Notes: a model not told the origin generated them from the sequence alone. Shown: positions 37,660-49,698, counted from the first letter of the stretch. The stretch is DNA of 64,000 nucleotides from Candidatus Aminicenantes bacterium (GCA_963764745.1 CAVXTN010000005.1:262361-326360); one strand, 5' to 3'. Program-made: numbers and translations.

Positions 37660-37769
37660 GCCTTTGTCCCGAATTCCGGCTTTTTAATTCCTCCTGTCAT
37701 AAAAACAGGACAAATTTGCCTCGTTTGAGTTGGCAACCAAAATGCTTTCCTAGGAGTGAGGAGGACAAC

Positions 37770-39904
37770 ATGAAAAAGACAATGATTGCGCATTGCGTGC
37801 CTGCTGCTGTTGGCAGGGGCCTGCTGGTCCCAAGATAACGGAAACCAACGGCAACGAAGTCAAATACTACGACAATGCCAAGGTCGTCCGCATCAAGAAC
37901 GTGGACGGCGAAGGCTTTGTCCAGCGTTCCTACGAGGAAGGCAATGAAGAAGCGACCGCCAACCTGCCCCTGTTTGAAAAAGACACGGTCGGCACCACCG
38001 AGGGCCGGCTGGGGATCTACCTGGGGCGGATGAACTACCTGCGCCTGGACGCGGACAGCACCGTGGTGCTCGAAAAGATTCCCCAGCTGCGCAAGACCGA
38101 CCTGAGCGTGCGCGTGGAAAACGGCGGCATCTATCTGGACATTGAAAGCCTGGACAACGAAAGAGGAATCGAGATCCAAACGCCCGACTGCGGGGTCTTC
38201 ATCCTGGACAAGGGCGTTTACCGCGTCAACGTCAGCCGGGACGCCCAGACCGAAGTGCTGGTCATGGAGGGCATCGCCGAAGTGACCGGCCGGGAAAGCA
38301 GCCGCAACGTCAGGGAGAACCAGAAGATCGTCATGGCCGGCGGCGAGATCGACTGAAAGGCCTTATTATTTCACCGCTTCGGAAAAAGACGATTTTGACA
38401 GCTGGAACGAAGCGCAGAACCGCGAGCTGAGCTACGCCCACTACGGCACCTCCCGCTACCTGCAGAGCGGCTACGAAGACTACCGAATACGAAATGTCCC
38501 GTTCCGGACGCTGGTCCTACATGTCCGAATACAACTCCTATGCCTGGATGCCCTACAATACCAATTCCGACTGGATGCCCTACGCCAACGGCCGCTGGGT
38601 GTGGAATCCTTACTACGGGTACACCTGGACATTCCTACGACAACTGCGGCTGGTTCACCCACCATTACGGCCGCTGGCAGTGGGATTATTCCTTCGGCTG
38701 GTACTGGATCCCCGGCTACCACTGGTCGCCGGCCTGGGTCTCCTGGTTCGGCGACGACAGCTATTACGGCTGGTGCCCGCTCAGCTGGTGGAACCGGCCG
38801 GTCGTGGTCATCAACAACCGCTGGGACCGCAATTATGATTACCGCCACGGCATCCCGTTCCATTCCCGTTCGACCATCATCATCCGCAAGAACGAGCTCT
38901 CGGCCGCCAACGCGCAGCGCGTGGCCTTGAACCGGAGCACTCTGGGGCGGAACAGCTTGCAGAACAACATCGCCTACCGCGGGACGGCTCCCAGCGAGCG
39001 CCTGGCCCTGGGCAAGGTCACCGTTCTCAATGCCGAGGGCAGAGCCATGAGCTACAAGCAGGGCGGCATTGTCTCCTCCGAAAAATACCGGGCTATCGGC
39101 ACCAGCTCCGCGAGCGGCAGAGCCACGGAATACAAGTACACCCCGGCCGGCAAGAGCAGTTATTCCAGCCGCGCCTACGGTAAAAAGAACAGCGAAGGCC
39201 TGGACCAGTCTGCCAGCGGCAATGCCAAGTACGGAAGCGAAAGCGCGGCCGGTTTCCGCAGCCGCGATTCTTCCTCCGGCTCCACGGAAAAAGCTACCGC
39301 CAAGACGAACTACGGCAGCCGGGCCAAGAAATCCGGCAGCGAACGGGCCACTTCTTCTTCATCCTCATCCACCAGCAATTCGACCGAAAAGGCCAAAAAG
39401 AAAAAAGACGCGCCGGCATACATGGCCGGAGCCGGCTATGGCCAGGGCGGCACTGAAAAAGCAAGCGCATCGACCTATGCGCGTTACCAGAGCCAAAACT
39501 CCGGAAGCAACAATACCCTCAACCGCAGTTCCTATCGGGCTTATGAATCAAGGTTCAAGTCGCCGGGCAACGCCAATGCCGGCAGCTATTCGGCGGGAAC
39601 CAGCCGCTACCGGAAGTCCGCGGACTATGCGGCCGGCCTCTCTTCCGGCCGCTATTCCGGCAGCAGCCTGCGTTCCAACACCACGGCCCGGTTCTCCATC
39701 CCCGATTCCTCCTACCGCTCAAGCCGCGTCCTGTCCAATGAATCCCTGCGCGGGAACTCCTATCGCAGCAGCGGCTCCAGCGCTTCCGTTCGCTCCTATA
39801 CCCCGGCGGCAAGCAGCCAGTCCTTCCATTCCAACCGTTCTTCTTACTCGGCCCCGTCCAGCACGCATAGCAGTACGGCGGTTCACAAAAAAGACAAGAA
39901 ATAA
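37770..39904 (+). pseudogene. FecR-like domain protein with W/Y-rich (DUF6600-like) middle region and Ser-rich tail, five +1 frame breaks in the first 870 nt
   Basis: The ATG at 37770 follows AGGAGG. Pieces in order: MKKTMI; RIACLLLLAGACWSQD; ITETNGNEVKYYDNAKVV...GVYRVNVSRDAQTEVLVMEGIAEV...; PYYFTASEKDDFDSWNEAQNRELSYAHYG; SGRWSYMSEYNSYAWMPYNTNSDWMPYANGRWVWNPYYGYTW; and CGWFTHHYGRWQWDYSFGWYWIPGYHWSPAWVSWF... to the stop at 39904. Starts mod 3 are 0, 1, 2, 0, 1, 2. Confidence 0.7.
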
Positions 39905-39921
39905 GGACCAGAGCATCCAAG

Positions 39922-39954
39922 GGGAACGGGAAGACCTCCCGTTCCCTTTTTTTT
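39922..39954 (+). terminator. Rho-independent terminator
   Basis: GGGAACGGG (39922-30), a 7-nt loop, CCCGTTCCC (39938-46), then T8 (39947-54). Confidence 0.75.
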
Positions 39955-39958
39955 CAGT

Positions 39959-42075
39959 TCACTTCCAGGCGGCCAGCGCCTGCCGGGCAATGCGCAGCTG
40001 CTCGGCGCTGAGTTCCGCGGCATGGCGGCCGACCGCGGTTTCCATATTGGCCAGCGCCTGCTCGATCTTGCCGTTCTTGGCCAGGACCAGGGCGTAATTG
40101 AAGAAGAACTTTCCCTCCGGCTTGCTGGCCACGGCCCTGGCCAGTAGCCGCTCGGCATTTTCCAGGCTTCCGTAGCGGGTGTTCAGCAGGGCCACCTTGA
40201 GCAGCAGCTCCGCCTGGCCGCCGGCCTCTTCGTTTTCCAGCAGCAGGTTGTAGGCGGCCACGGCCTGCGCATACCTTTTGAGGGTGATCAACAGCTCGGC
40301 GTACTTGATGCGCAGGGAAACGTTCTGCGGTTCGATGGCCAGCGCCCGGGCGAAACAATCGGCCGCCTCGGCCGGGCGGTCCTGCTTTTCCCGGATCTGC
40401 CCCAGCAGAATATAGGCCCCCGAGGCATTGGGATTCCTGGCCAGGATCTCGCGGCAGCGGTTTTCGGCCTTGTCGTACATTTTCATGTCGAACAGGGACA
40501 AGGCCAGGGTCTGCTTGAAGCTTTCGATGTCGGGAAAATCCTCCACGCCCTGTTTCAGGGAATTCAAGGCCGCGCCATAGTCCTTCTTGATCATGTTGAT
40601 CTTGTACATCATGTTATAGATGTGCGGCATTTTCAGCCCGGGATTTTCCGCCAGCAATTGCCGCAGGCCCGCCTCGGCCTCCGTCACTTTTTTCTGGGCG
40701 ATCAAGCGGCTGAACTCCTTCAGCCGATCATCGATCAACACCCCCTTTTTGGGGTCCAGGGTCGTGGCTGCCTGGCTGGAGAAGGCCGAGATGTAACCCA
40801 GGGCCTGCAGCTGTTCCTTGTCGCCGGCGCTCAATTCCCGGCGCGTTTCGCTCGCCGCGCTGGGAATGATCCGCCACGAATTTGGCCAGGCGCTTGTCCA
40901 GGTCGCGGGCCAGCAGGTTCTTTTTCAAGAACAGGTTGCGCTTCTCGGCGCGGTCCGCGCGCAGATCGTACAGCTCGGGCTCGGGCAGGGAGATGTACTT
41001 GAAATCCCCGTACAACAGCCCAGTCAGCGGCGCCCAGTTCATCTCTTCGCGGCCGTACAGGCTCTCGAAATAAAACGTGCGTTCTTCCTTTTCGGCGTGA
41101 CCGTCCAGCAGTCCCAGGAAACTGCGCCCCTGGACCGGACCGGGAATTTGCATCTTCAGCAGATCCAGGACCGTGGGCATGACATCGGTCAGATTCACCC
41201 TGGCGCTCACGCGCCGCGGCTTGCCGACCAGCCCGGGCGCATAGAAGATCAGCGGCACCTTCAGGGTCTCCTGGTAGCAGAAGATCCCGTGGCCTTGCTC
41301 CCCATGCTCGCCGAAGGCCTCGCCGTGATCGCCGGCGACGATCACCAGGGTGCGTTCCAGCAGTCCGCGCCGGCGCAGGTCCTCGATGACCCGGCCGACC
41401 CAGACATCGACGTAAGCGATCTCGCCGTCGTACAAGCCCTTCTGGCCCGGCGGGAAAACGCTTGGCGAATTCCAGCGGCGGCCGATACGGCGTGTGCGGG
41501 TCATAAAAATGGAGCCAGTAAAAAAACCGCCTGCCGTCGTTCTGGCCCAGCCAGCCGCTGAATTTTTCATAGACCCGGTCGGCCGGGATCTCCGACTTGT
41601 AGTTGCGGACCATTTCGTGGGTGTCCAGGCTGTCGTCATATAGCGAAAAACCCTGGTTGACCCCGAACTTGGAAAGCAGGACAAAGGAAGCGACGACCGC
41701 CCGCGTGTCGAAACCGCGGTCCTTCAGCACTTCCGCCAGGGTGATTTCCGTTTCCGGCAAGAGGTAACTGCCGTTGTTGCGCACGTTGTTGGCGATGGGG
41801 TAGCGGCCGGTGAAAAAGGCGCTGTGCGACGGCAGGGTCAGCGGCACGCAGGAGTAGCCGTTTTCGAACATGATCCCCTGCCTGGCCAGGCGGTCCAGGT
41901 TGGGCGTTTGCGCCGCCCGGTAGCCGTAGGCGCCGATATGGTCGGCCCGGGTGGTGTCCAGGGTGATGACGAGGACATTCCAAGCCGCGCCCGTCCCGCC
42001 TTTGCGCAGCAGGAAAAAAAGGGCGCCGGCGGCCAGCAGCAGCGGCAGGATGATCCATAATTTTTTTTTGCTCAT
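39959..42075 (-). pseudogene. Sulfatase-like (alkaline-phosphatase superfamily) hydrolase/transferase with C-terminal TPR domain, paralog 1, two +1 frame breaks
   Basis: MSKKKLWIILPLLLAAG...VLVITLDTTRADHIGAYG...CVPLTLPSHSAFFTG... is in the frame of 42228. GEIAYVDVWVGRV...VIVAGDHGEAFGEHGE... is in 41684. The TPR part, ending ...RIARQALAAWK, is in 40834. Upper ends mod 3 are 0, 2, 1. Confidence 0.85.
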
Positions 42076-42127
42076 GTGGGTTCGCACTCCGTTTTCCCCG
42101 CCCGGGACACCGCCGGGCGGGCCTCGG

Positions 42128-44225
42128 TCATTGGGCTCCCGCCTCGGCCAGCAGGCGCCGCAGGCTTTCACGGTCGCGGGCGGAAAGCAGCTGGAGAAAT
42201 TGCCCCTGCAGGCGCAACAAAAAGCCATTGGCTTCGGTCTTTCGTCCCGCGGCGATCAGCGCGATCGCGATATTGAAATAGGCGTCGGTAAAATCGGGCT
42301 GCAACTCGAGGACTTTCCGCCAATCCCTGAGCGCCGGCTCCAGCTGGCCGGCGAATTGCAGGGCGGCGCCCCGGCCGTTGTAGGCCGCCACCGACCTGGC
42401 GTCCAGGCCGATGGCCCGGTCGAACGCGTCGACCGCCTTCAGGCGCAGGGCCTCGTCCCGCGACGCCACGAAGCGGGCCAGGTACAAAGCGCCCAGGTTG
42501 GAACAAGCCTGGGCATTTTCCGGATCCAGGGCCAGGGCCTTGGCGTATGCCTCAGCGGCCAGGGCGAATTTTTTCTGCCGGAAATAGGCGACCCCCAGGT
42601 AATTCCAATTGCCGGCATCGGCCGGATCGTCGGCCAGAGCTTCTTTCAGCAGGGCCACGGCCTCCTCATTGCGGTTGATCTCGGTTAAAAAAACGCCCAG
42701 CTTGGACTTCAATTCCATGCTGTCCGGCTTCCGTTGCAGCCCGCGGCGCAGGACATCCACCGCGGCCTGCGGTTGCCGCAAATAGTGCGCCGTTTCGGCC
42801 AGGTGGATGTAGGAAGCGATATCGTCGGCTTTGCTGGCGATCACCTGTTCATACAACTCCCCGGCTTCCCGGTACTTTCTCATGTTGAACAGCTGGTTGG
42901 CGGTGCGCAGCTTGTTCTGGATGGGCAGCAGCGTCTTCAAATCGTCCCCGCGCCCGAATAGCGCTTTTTTTTCAATCTTGATGCCGGCCAGGTATCCGAA
43001 CGACCGCAGCCGGCGCAGCGTTTCCTCCGGCAAGACCATGCGCGCCGCGGCCGTGTCGGCCCCCGTCATTTTCTTCTTCAAATCCGCCAATGTCCCGTTC
43101 AGGTCGGCGAGCTTGCGCGTGGAAATGATGTTCCTGCTTTCGCTGAAATCACGCTCCAGGTCATAGAGTTCCCTGATGGGCAGGTCGATGAATTTCAATT
43201 TGTCGGTGACGAATCCCTGCAGCGGCGCCCAGCCCCGGCTCAGGTTCGGGCCCATGGATTCGATATAAACCGGCAGCGCCTTTCTCGTCCCGCCCCGCAT
43301 CAAGGCCAGCAGCGTCCGTCCCGCCAACTTCGGCGGGGGCTCGCCGCCCGCCGCATCGCAAACCGTGGGGAAAATATCGACATGGGACACCAGCGCCGGC
43401 ACGGAACCGGGTCGCTCCCCCGGCAGGCAGACGATCAGGGGGATATGGACGGTGGAGTTGTAGGCGAAATAGCCGTGCTCGAATTCCCCGTGTTCGCCCA
43501 GGGACTCGCCGTGGTCCCCGGTGATCACCAAAAGCGTCGAGTCCAGCCGTTTGGAATCCTCCAGAAAAGAGAAAAGCTTGCCGAGTTCGGCGTCCATGTA
43601 GGCGATTTCGCCGGCGTAGGGGTCCTGGCGGTAGCGTTCGGCAAAGGGCGCGGGCGGGGCATAGGGGAAATGGGGATCCCACAAGTGCAGCCAGCAAAAC
43701 CACTTCCCGTCCCGGGCGGCGATCCAGTCCCTGGCCGCGGTCACCGATTCGGCAGCCAGGAAACTGTCCTTGTCCAGCGGCTCATGGTAGAGATCGAAAC
43801 CCTGGTCCAATCCGAAAGCCCGGTCCAGCACGAAAGAACTGACAAAGGCGGCCGTGGCGTAGCCGCGGGCCCGCAGCCATTCGGCCAGGGTGAGGAAGCG
43901 CGAGTCGAGACGGAAGCCGGTGTTGTCGCGGACGCCGTGGTACAACGGGGTGGAGCCGGTAAGGATGTTGGCATGCGCGGGCAGGGTCATGGGCGTATGC
44001 GAGAAAGCACGGGAAAAGACAATGCCGCGGCTATGCCATGCGGTCGATATTGGGGGTCAGGGGCCGCGTTTCCCCATAGGCGCCGAGATGATCGGCCCGC
44101 GTCGTGTCCAGGGTGACCAGCAGGATATTGGGAGCCGTCTCGCCGGTTTTTCCGCCGGATGCGCCAAGGGGCAGGGCCAGCAATGCCCATGCCGCCAGCA
44201 GATAAAACAGCGCCCTTCTTTTCAT
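42128..44225 (-). pseudogene. Sulfatase-like hydrolase/transferase with C-terminal TPR domain, paralog 2, one +1 frame break
   Basis: MKRRALFYLLAAWALLALPLG...ILLVTLDTTRADHLGAYG...TPNIDRMA is in ORF 44031..44225. It continues as RGIVFSRAFSHTPMTLPAHANILTG...GDHGESLGEHGE...TPR... in ORF 42128..43990. The junction is at about 44025. Confidence 0.85.
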
Positions 44226-44257
44226 ATCCTTTATTATAACACAGCCAAAATCAGTCC

Positions 44258-44292
44258 AAAAAAAAACCCCCTCCCCGCGTTCGGGGAGGGGG
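44258..44292 (-). terminator. Rho-independent terminator of the OMP gene
   Basis: On the minus strand: CCCCCTCCCC, loop gaacgc, GGGGAGGGGG (44292-44267), followed by a run of nine T (44266-44258). Confidence 0.75.
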
Positions 44293-44343
44293 CCTTTTAT
44301 CGGGTTTGCTCGGGCCGAGAAACCCGGAAATGCAGTTGCCGGT

Positions 44344-47279
44344 TTAGAAGTTGAGGCGGAAGCCGAACTGGAAGTTGCCCGGGTTGGTGACCATCAGGAC
44401 ATTGTCCTTGCTGGGTCCGATGGTGTTTTCCACTTTCAGGGTGGCCTGCTTGTTGGTCACGTTGTACCAGTCAACAAACAGCGTGGCGGTGGTGTTGTCG
44501 GAGATCTTGAACACCTTTTCCAGGCCGAGGTTGAGGATCGAGAAGGTCGGCAGCCTGTCGTCGCCGAATTTCTTGCCGCCTTCATACATGTTCACGTAGC
44601 CCACGCCGCCCAGGGAGGCGCCGAGATAGGTCTGGACCCGGTACGGGATGACGTAGCCTTCGCGGGCCTGGAAGACCGCCGAAACATTGATGCCCCAGGG
44701 CAGCTGGTAGAGCCCGGAGAGCTTGAACATCCAGCGCGAGTTGATGAAGATGCCGGTCAGGCCGGAACCGCTGGTTTCGGGGGCCACGACCGATTCATTG
44801 AAGTAGTCGAAGTTGTTCAGGTTGAAATGCTCGCTCTTGTCCATGAAGCTCTTCCAATCCTGGTAGGTGAAGGAGGCGTCGGCCATCCAGTGTGTTGGAC
44901 AGCTTCTTGGTCATGATCAGCTCCACGGCCATGAATCTTTCGTAATCCTTTTCGTAGTTCAGGTAGTAGGTGCCGACCGGTTTTACATGGCGGGCATAGA
45001 GGGGAACCGTTGTGCTGCCCACCTGGAAATTCGGATTGTACAGGTACCAGTTGGCCGCGGTCTCGAAATCGCCGTCGGGCATGATGCCGATGCTGCGGGC
45101 CAGGTTGTGGCGCTTTTTGTAAAAACCGGAGAGGTTGATGCCCAGGTCTTCGCCCAGCGCTTTTTCAAAAGAAATGGTCAGCTCGTCGAGCAAAGGCGTG
45201 TTGTAATCGCTCTTGTACTGGGTCTTTCTGATGCCCTTGGCGTAGTCAACAAACTGCGTGTTGGTCCAGAACTGCAGGGGACCGCTGTAGTTGTAGTAGC
45301 CGTAGTTGTTGGCATAGTAGTAGTAGGCGCCGTTCATGACCTCGTCCCACTGCGGTTTGGAATCCGAGTTCTTGTCGAACCAGTAGAAGTCGGTCTCGCG
45401 GCTGGGGAACAGGTTGCTGGCCAGGGCGTTGCCGCTCTGCGAGCCGTAGCGGGCCACGGAGACCTTGACCACGTTCTTGCCGTCGCCGGTGATGTCATAG
45501 GTCAGCGACAAGCGCGGGGAGATCGTTTTCCAGGCCACCGGGGCTTTCATGGCCGGCACATTAATGTCGCCCATGATGTTGCCGAAGATGGCTTCGCCGT
45601 CGTGCGGAGAGCCGGGCTCGTACCAGGTCAGTTTCGGCTGCAGGCCGCCGTTCAGGGAGCCGCTTTCCCTGTCGTAGCGCACGCCGAGGTTGACGTTCAA
45701 TTTGCCGAAGGTGGCGGTGTCGGACAGGTAGAACGATATTCTTTTGAAGTTCACGTCAAAATTATAGTCGTTGATGAACCAGACTTCACCGTAACCGCCG
45801 ACCGCTTCCGAGAGCTTGAAAAGCGTTCTCTGGTTGGGATAAAGGTCCTGCGTGGTGGTATCGGCATTGACATAGTCCACGCCGAAGCGGATCTCGTGGT
45901 CGGCGCCGATGATGTTTTCCGCGAAATAGTTGCCGTTCAGGGAGAGATCGATCTGGTTGCGGTTGGTACTATATTGGTCGAGATCATTCAGATACTTGGT
46001 CGGGTTGTAAATATAAAGCATATCGGCGCCCTCGTTGTGGCCGGTCGCCGAGTTGACGGTGCCGCCGCGGGGGTCAAGAATGAATCCGCCGTCGGTGTAG
46101 GCCACCTTGGCATCGAGCATCAGGTTGCCCATGACCTGCTGGATGGCGCCGTAGTAGACCCAACCCGGGCCGTCCTGGTCGTACAGCGAACCGTTGTTCT
46201 GCTGGGCCGAGGAGAGCACCGTGCGTCCCCATTTCTTCTTGGCGTCGTGGGAGAGGTTCAGGTCGCCCGATGGTGTTGCCCATCTGGAAGTTCATCTTGG
46301 CATAGCCGGAAACCAGCCAGGTGGCGTCTTCGTCATTGGTCAGCGTGCGGCCGTGGATGTCCTGGATGGCGTAGGAACCCATGAAGAAAAGATGGTCCTT
46401 GATGACCGGGCCGCCGAAGTTCACGCCGTATTGATAGAGGCGGTTGATGCCCGGGGTGACGTATTTCTTGCTGACCATGTACGGGGTCAGGGGCTGCGTC
46501 TGTTCCCAGGCCTTGTCCTGGACATACATGTGGAAATCACCGGCGAAACGGTTGCCGGCGCGCTTGGAAACGAAATTCAACTGCACGCCGCCGGTCTGGG
46601 CGCCGATGTCGTTGGCTCCCACGGTGATCTGCAGTTCTTCGTAGGCGTTCATGTTCAGGTAGGCCGGAGCCGCGCCGATGGCGGAGTTGTCGGTGATATT
46701 GGCGCCGTCCACGTTCCAGGTGGTGTCGTCCTTGGAGCCGCCGCCAGCCAGGAAGTTGGACTGCTGGCCGGAATCGGCGCCGCCGACGTCCACGCGGTCA
46801 ACCATCATGCCCGGGGCCAGGGAGAGCACGGTGAAGGGGTTGCGGGCAGTCGGCAGGGACTGGATCATTTCCTTGGAAATGTTCACGCCCACCGAGGTCT
46901 TGCGGGTATCCACCACGCCGGCCTTGGCGGTGACGACCACTTCTTCCTGGATGGTCGTGGTTTCCATCGGCACGGTCAGGGTGACGTTCTTGCCGACGAA
47001 CAGGCGGATGCCCTTGCGGATAACGGTTTTGAAACCTTCGAGTTCGAACTTCAACTCGTAGTTTCCCGGTGACAGATTCAGGAAACGGAAGTTGCCTTCT
47101 TCCGAAGTGACCGTCGTCATCTTGCCGGTGACATCACCGGAGAGGGCCACGGTAACCCCGGGGATGGCGGATCCGTCGGGAAGCACAACTGTCCCGTAAA
47201 TGTCGGCCAGTTGCACCTGCGCCATGGCTACTGAACTGACCAGAGCCAGGGCTGACAAAAGTAGCACGAGCTTTTTCAT
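44344..47279 (-). pseudogene. TonB-dependent-receptor-like outer-membrane protein with N-terminal carboxypeptidase-regulatory-like domain, two +1 frame breaks
   Basis: MKKLVLLLSALALVSSVAMAQ, the CarboxypepD_reg-like segment (GTVVLPDGSAIPGVTVALSG...GNYELKFELEGFKT) and a plug-like region are in the frame of 47279. The barrel is in ORF 44795..46219. The last 180 aa are in ORF 44344..44886 and end in the OMP-type terminus ...FQFGFRLNF. Upper ends mod 3 are 2, 1, 0. Confidence 0.8.
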
Positions 47280-47383
47280 TCGTACCTCCTAAAAATTTTT
47301 TGTGCTGCTAGAATAAAGCAAAAATCGTGCCATTTGGCGAAGCCTCTTGATACAGGCATTCACGGGCTTTCTTGGCCCGGCGA

Positions 47384-47429
47384 TTCAAATATTTGAATAA
47401 TTTAACTCGGCATTATTCAATAAATTGAA
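47384..47429. promoter_or_regulatory. Twin palindromic operator-like sites in the divergent OMP / sulfatase-like intergenic region
   Basis: TTCAAATATTTGAA (47384-97) is a perfect palindrome, and TTCAATAAATTGAA (47416-29) is a near-palindrome. The 9-bp inverted repeat TTGAATAAT (47393-401) / ATTATTCAA (47412-20) links the two sites. Confidence 0.35.
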
Positions 47430-47455
47430 CGCCCGCGGCCCGCTCCGAGGCGCTC

Positions 47456-47484
47456 TTGACTTCAGAACCGGCCAAAACTATAAT
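47456..47484 (+). promoter_or_regulatory. Sigma70-like promoter of sulfatase-like paralog 3
   Basis: TTGACT (47456-61), a 17-nt spacer, then TATAAT (47479-84). AAGAGG precedes the ATG at 47507. Confidence 0.55.
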
Positions 47485-47506
47485 CATTTCAAGAGGCGCA
47501 CACCCG

Positions 47507-49613
47507 ATGTCCCCGGTTCAAAAGACAAGCATTCTACTCGCCGTGTCACTCGTTTTGCTGTCACGCTGCGGCGGCAAAGGGGGGAAAGTGACGCCGAACC
47601 CGCAGAGCAACGTCCTGCTCATCACGCTGGACACCACCCGCGCCGACCGCCTGGGCTGTTCCGGGTATGCGGCCGCCCGCACGCCGAACCTGGACGGCCT
47701 GGCCGAGTCAGGGGTGCGCTTTGAAAATGCCTACAGCCCGGTGCCCCTGACGCTGCCGGCCCACTGCACCATTCTCAGCGGCCTGTATCCCCTGGCCCAC
47801 AAGGTGCGCAACAATGGCAACTATTCCCTCCCCGGCCAGGTGGCCACCCTGGCCGAGATGCTGGGTCGCCGCGGTTACCAGACTTCCGCCTTTGTTTCCT
47901 CCTTTGTCCTGGATTCACGCTTCGGCCTCGACCGGGGATTCAGCGTTTATGACGACGATTTTGCCTCGGGCGGCGCCAAGACCTACCAGTCGGAAAGAAA
48001 CGCCGCCGCCGTTTTCGCGTCGTTCTCCCGCTGGCTGGCCGGGCGCTCCCCGGGCAGGTTTTTCTCATGGGTCCATTTCTTCGACCCCCATGCCCCGTAC
48101 GATCCGCCCGAACCTTTTCGCACGCGTTTTGCCGGCAACCTTTACGACGGCGAGATCGCTTACATGGACCATTACATCGGCGAGATCATTGCCCTGCTCA
48201 AGGAAAAAAACCTGCTGGAAAACACCATGGTCGTCGTCGCCGGCGACCATGGCGAAGCATTCGGCGAACACGGCGAATTCGGCCACCAGGTGTTCTGCTA
48301 CGAAGAGAACTTGCGCGTGCCGCTGATCATCAGCGCCCGCGGCCGCCTGCCGGAGAACATGCGCCTGCGGCAGACCGCCTGTCTGACCGACATCCTGCCC
48401 ACCATCCTTGAATTTCTGCAGGCCCCTCTACCGACGTCGCTCCAGGGCCAGTCCCTGCTGCCGGCCATGCGAAAAACCGCTTTCACCGCGAAGGACCTGT
48501 ACCTGGAAAGCCGCTTCGCTTTCGAGGCTTTCCACTGCGCCCCGGTCCAGGGCATCATCCAGAAGAACTTCAAATATCTCGATCTGCCCAGGCCCGAGCT
48601 GTACGACCTGCTCAGGGACCCGGGTGAAAGGGAAAACCTGGTCTCCGCTTCCGCCGCCCTGGGCCGGAAAATGAAAACGGCCCTGAACGATCTTGCCCGC
48701 CGCCTGGCCGGCGGCGACTTGCCAAGCGGGCGCCGCTTGACCGACGAGGAGAGAAACACCCTGGCTTCCCTGGGCTATATCACCTCGGCCCCGGCCGCGG
48801 GGACCGCGGGGCCGCTGCCCGACCCCAAGGACGGGATCGCCGGCTGGCAGGTGTTCACCCGCGGCGCCGAGCAGGCGGCCAGCGGCCAGACCGGTCCGGC
48901 CGAAGCCAGCCTGCTCCGGGCCAGCGAACTCATTCCCGATTATGCCGGTTCTTACACCATATTGGCCAACATCTATTTCAAGGACGGCCGGGGCGACAAG
49001 GCCTTGGCCCTGTTCGGCCGGGCTTTGGCCCGCATCCCGGCCGATGCCACCCTCAGAACCGAATACGCCGCCCTGTTGATCAAAATGAACCGCCCGGAAG
49101 AAGCCATGGCCCAGCTGCAGGCATTGACGAAAACGGAACTGGTCGACAAAAAGGCCATGGTGTATGCCCTCATGGGCGGCATCGCGGAATCGCAAGGCAA
49201 GCCGGCCCAAGCGATTGTTTATTACCGCCAGGCGCGTGAAAGCGAGCCCGATAACGACGGATACACCCGCAAGCTGGCTTACCTCCTGCACCGGGCCAGC
49301 CGTTTTGCCGAGGCTCTGGAGCTATACCGCAGCCTCGAGCAAAAACAACCTGATGATATCCAGCTGATCCGCGACATGGCCATCGTCTATGCCCAGCTTG
49401 GCGATCTCGAGCGGGCCCGGCGCTATTTCGAAAAAGCGATGCTGCAGCTCGCCCGATGCGAACCTGTTTTTCAACTTCGCCCTGCTGCTGGCCCGCCAGG
49501 GCGAATACGGCAGGGCCGGGGCCATGATGGAAAAATTCCTGGCCGCCGCCCCGGCCGGCTCTCCCCAGGTCCAGGCGGCCCGGCACTATCTCGCGGCCTG
49601 GCGGCAGCGCTGA
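47507..49613 (+). pseudogene. Sulfatase-like hydrolase/transferase lipoprotein with C-terminal TPR domain, paralog 3, one +1 frame break near the 3' end
   Basis: MSPVQKTSILLAVSLVLLSRCGG carries the lipobox. The body reads ...LLITLDTTRADRLGCSG...PVPLTLPAHCTILSG...GDHGEAFGEHGE...TPR...RRYFEKAM, in the frame of ORF 47456. It continues as PDANLFFNFALLLARQGEYGRAGAMMEKFLAAAPAGSPQVQAARHYLAAWRQR in ORF 49389..49613. Confidence 0.85.
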
Positions 49614-49698
49614 CGGAGTTCGGCCCATTTGCCATGACTTGCGGTATTTAATAAACACAATGTTTCTGTTATAATATTTCTTGACATGGAGAAACGGC

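Noticed and set aside
36039-37793. 584-aa minus-strand ORF
   Set aside because: It is antisense to malQ and is a shadow ORF without recognisable motifs.
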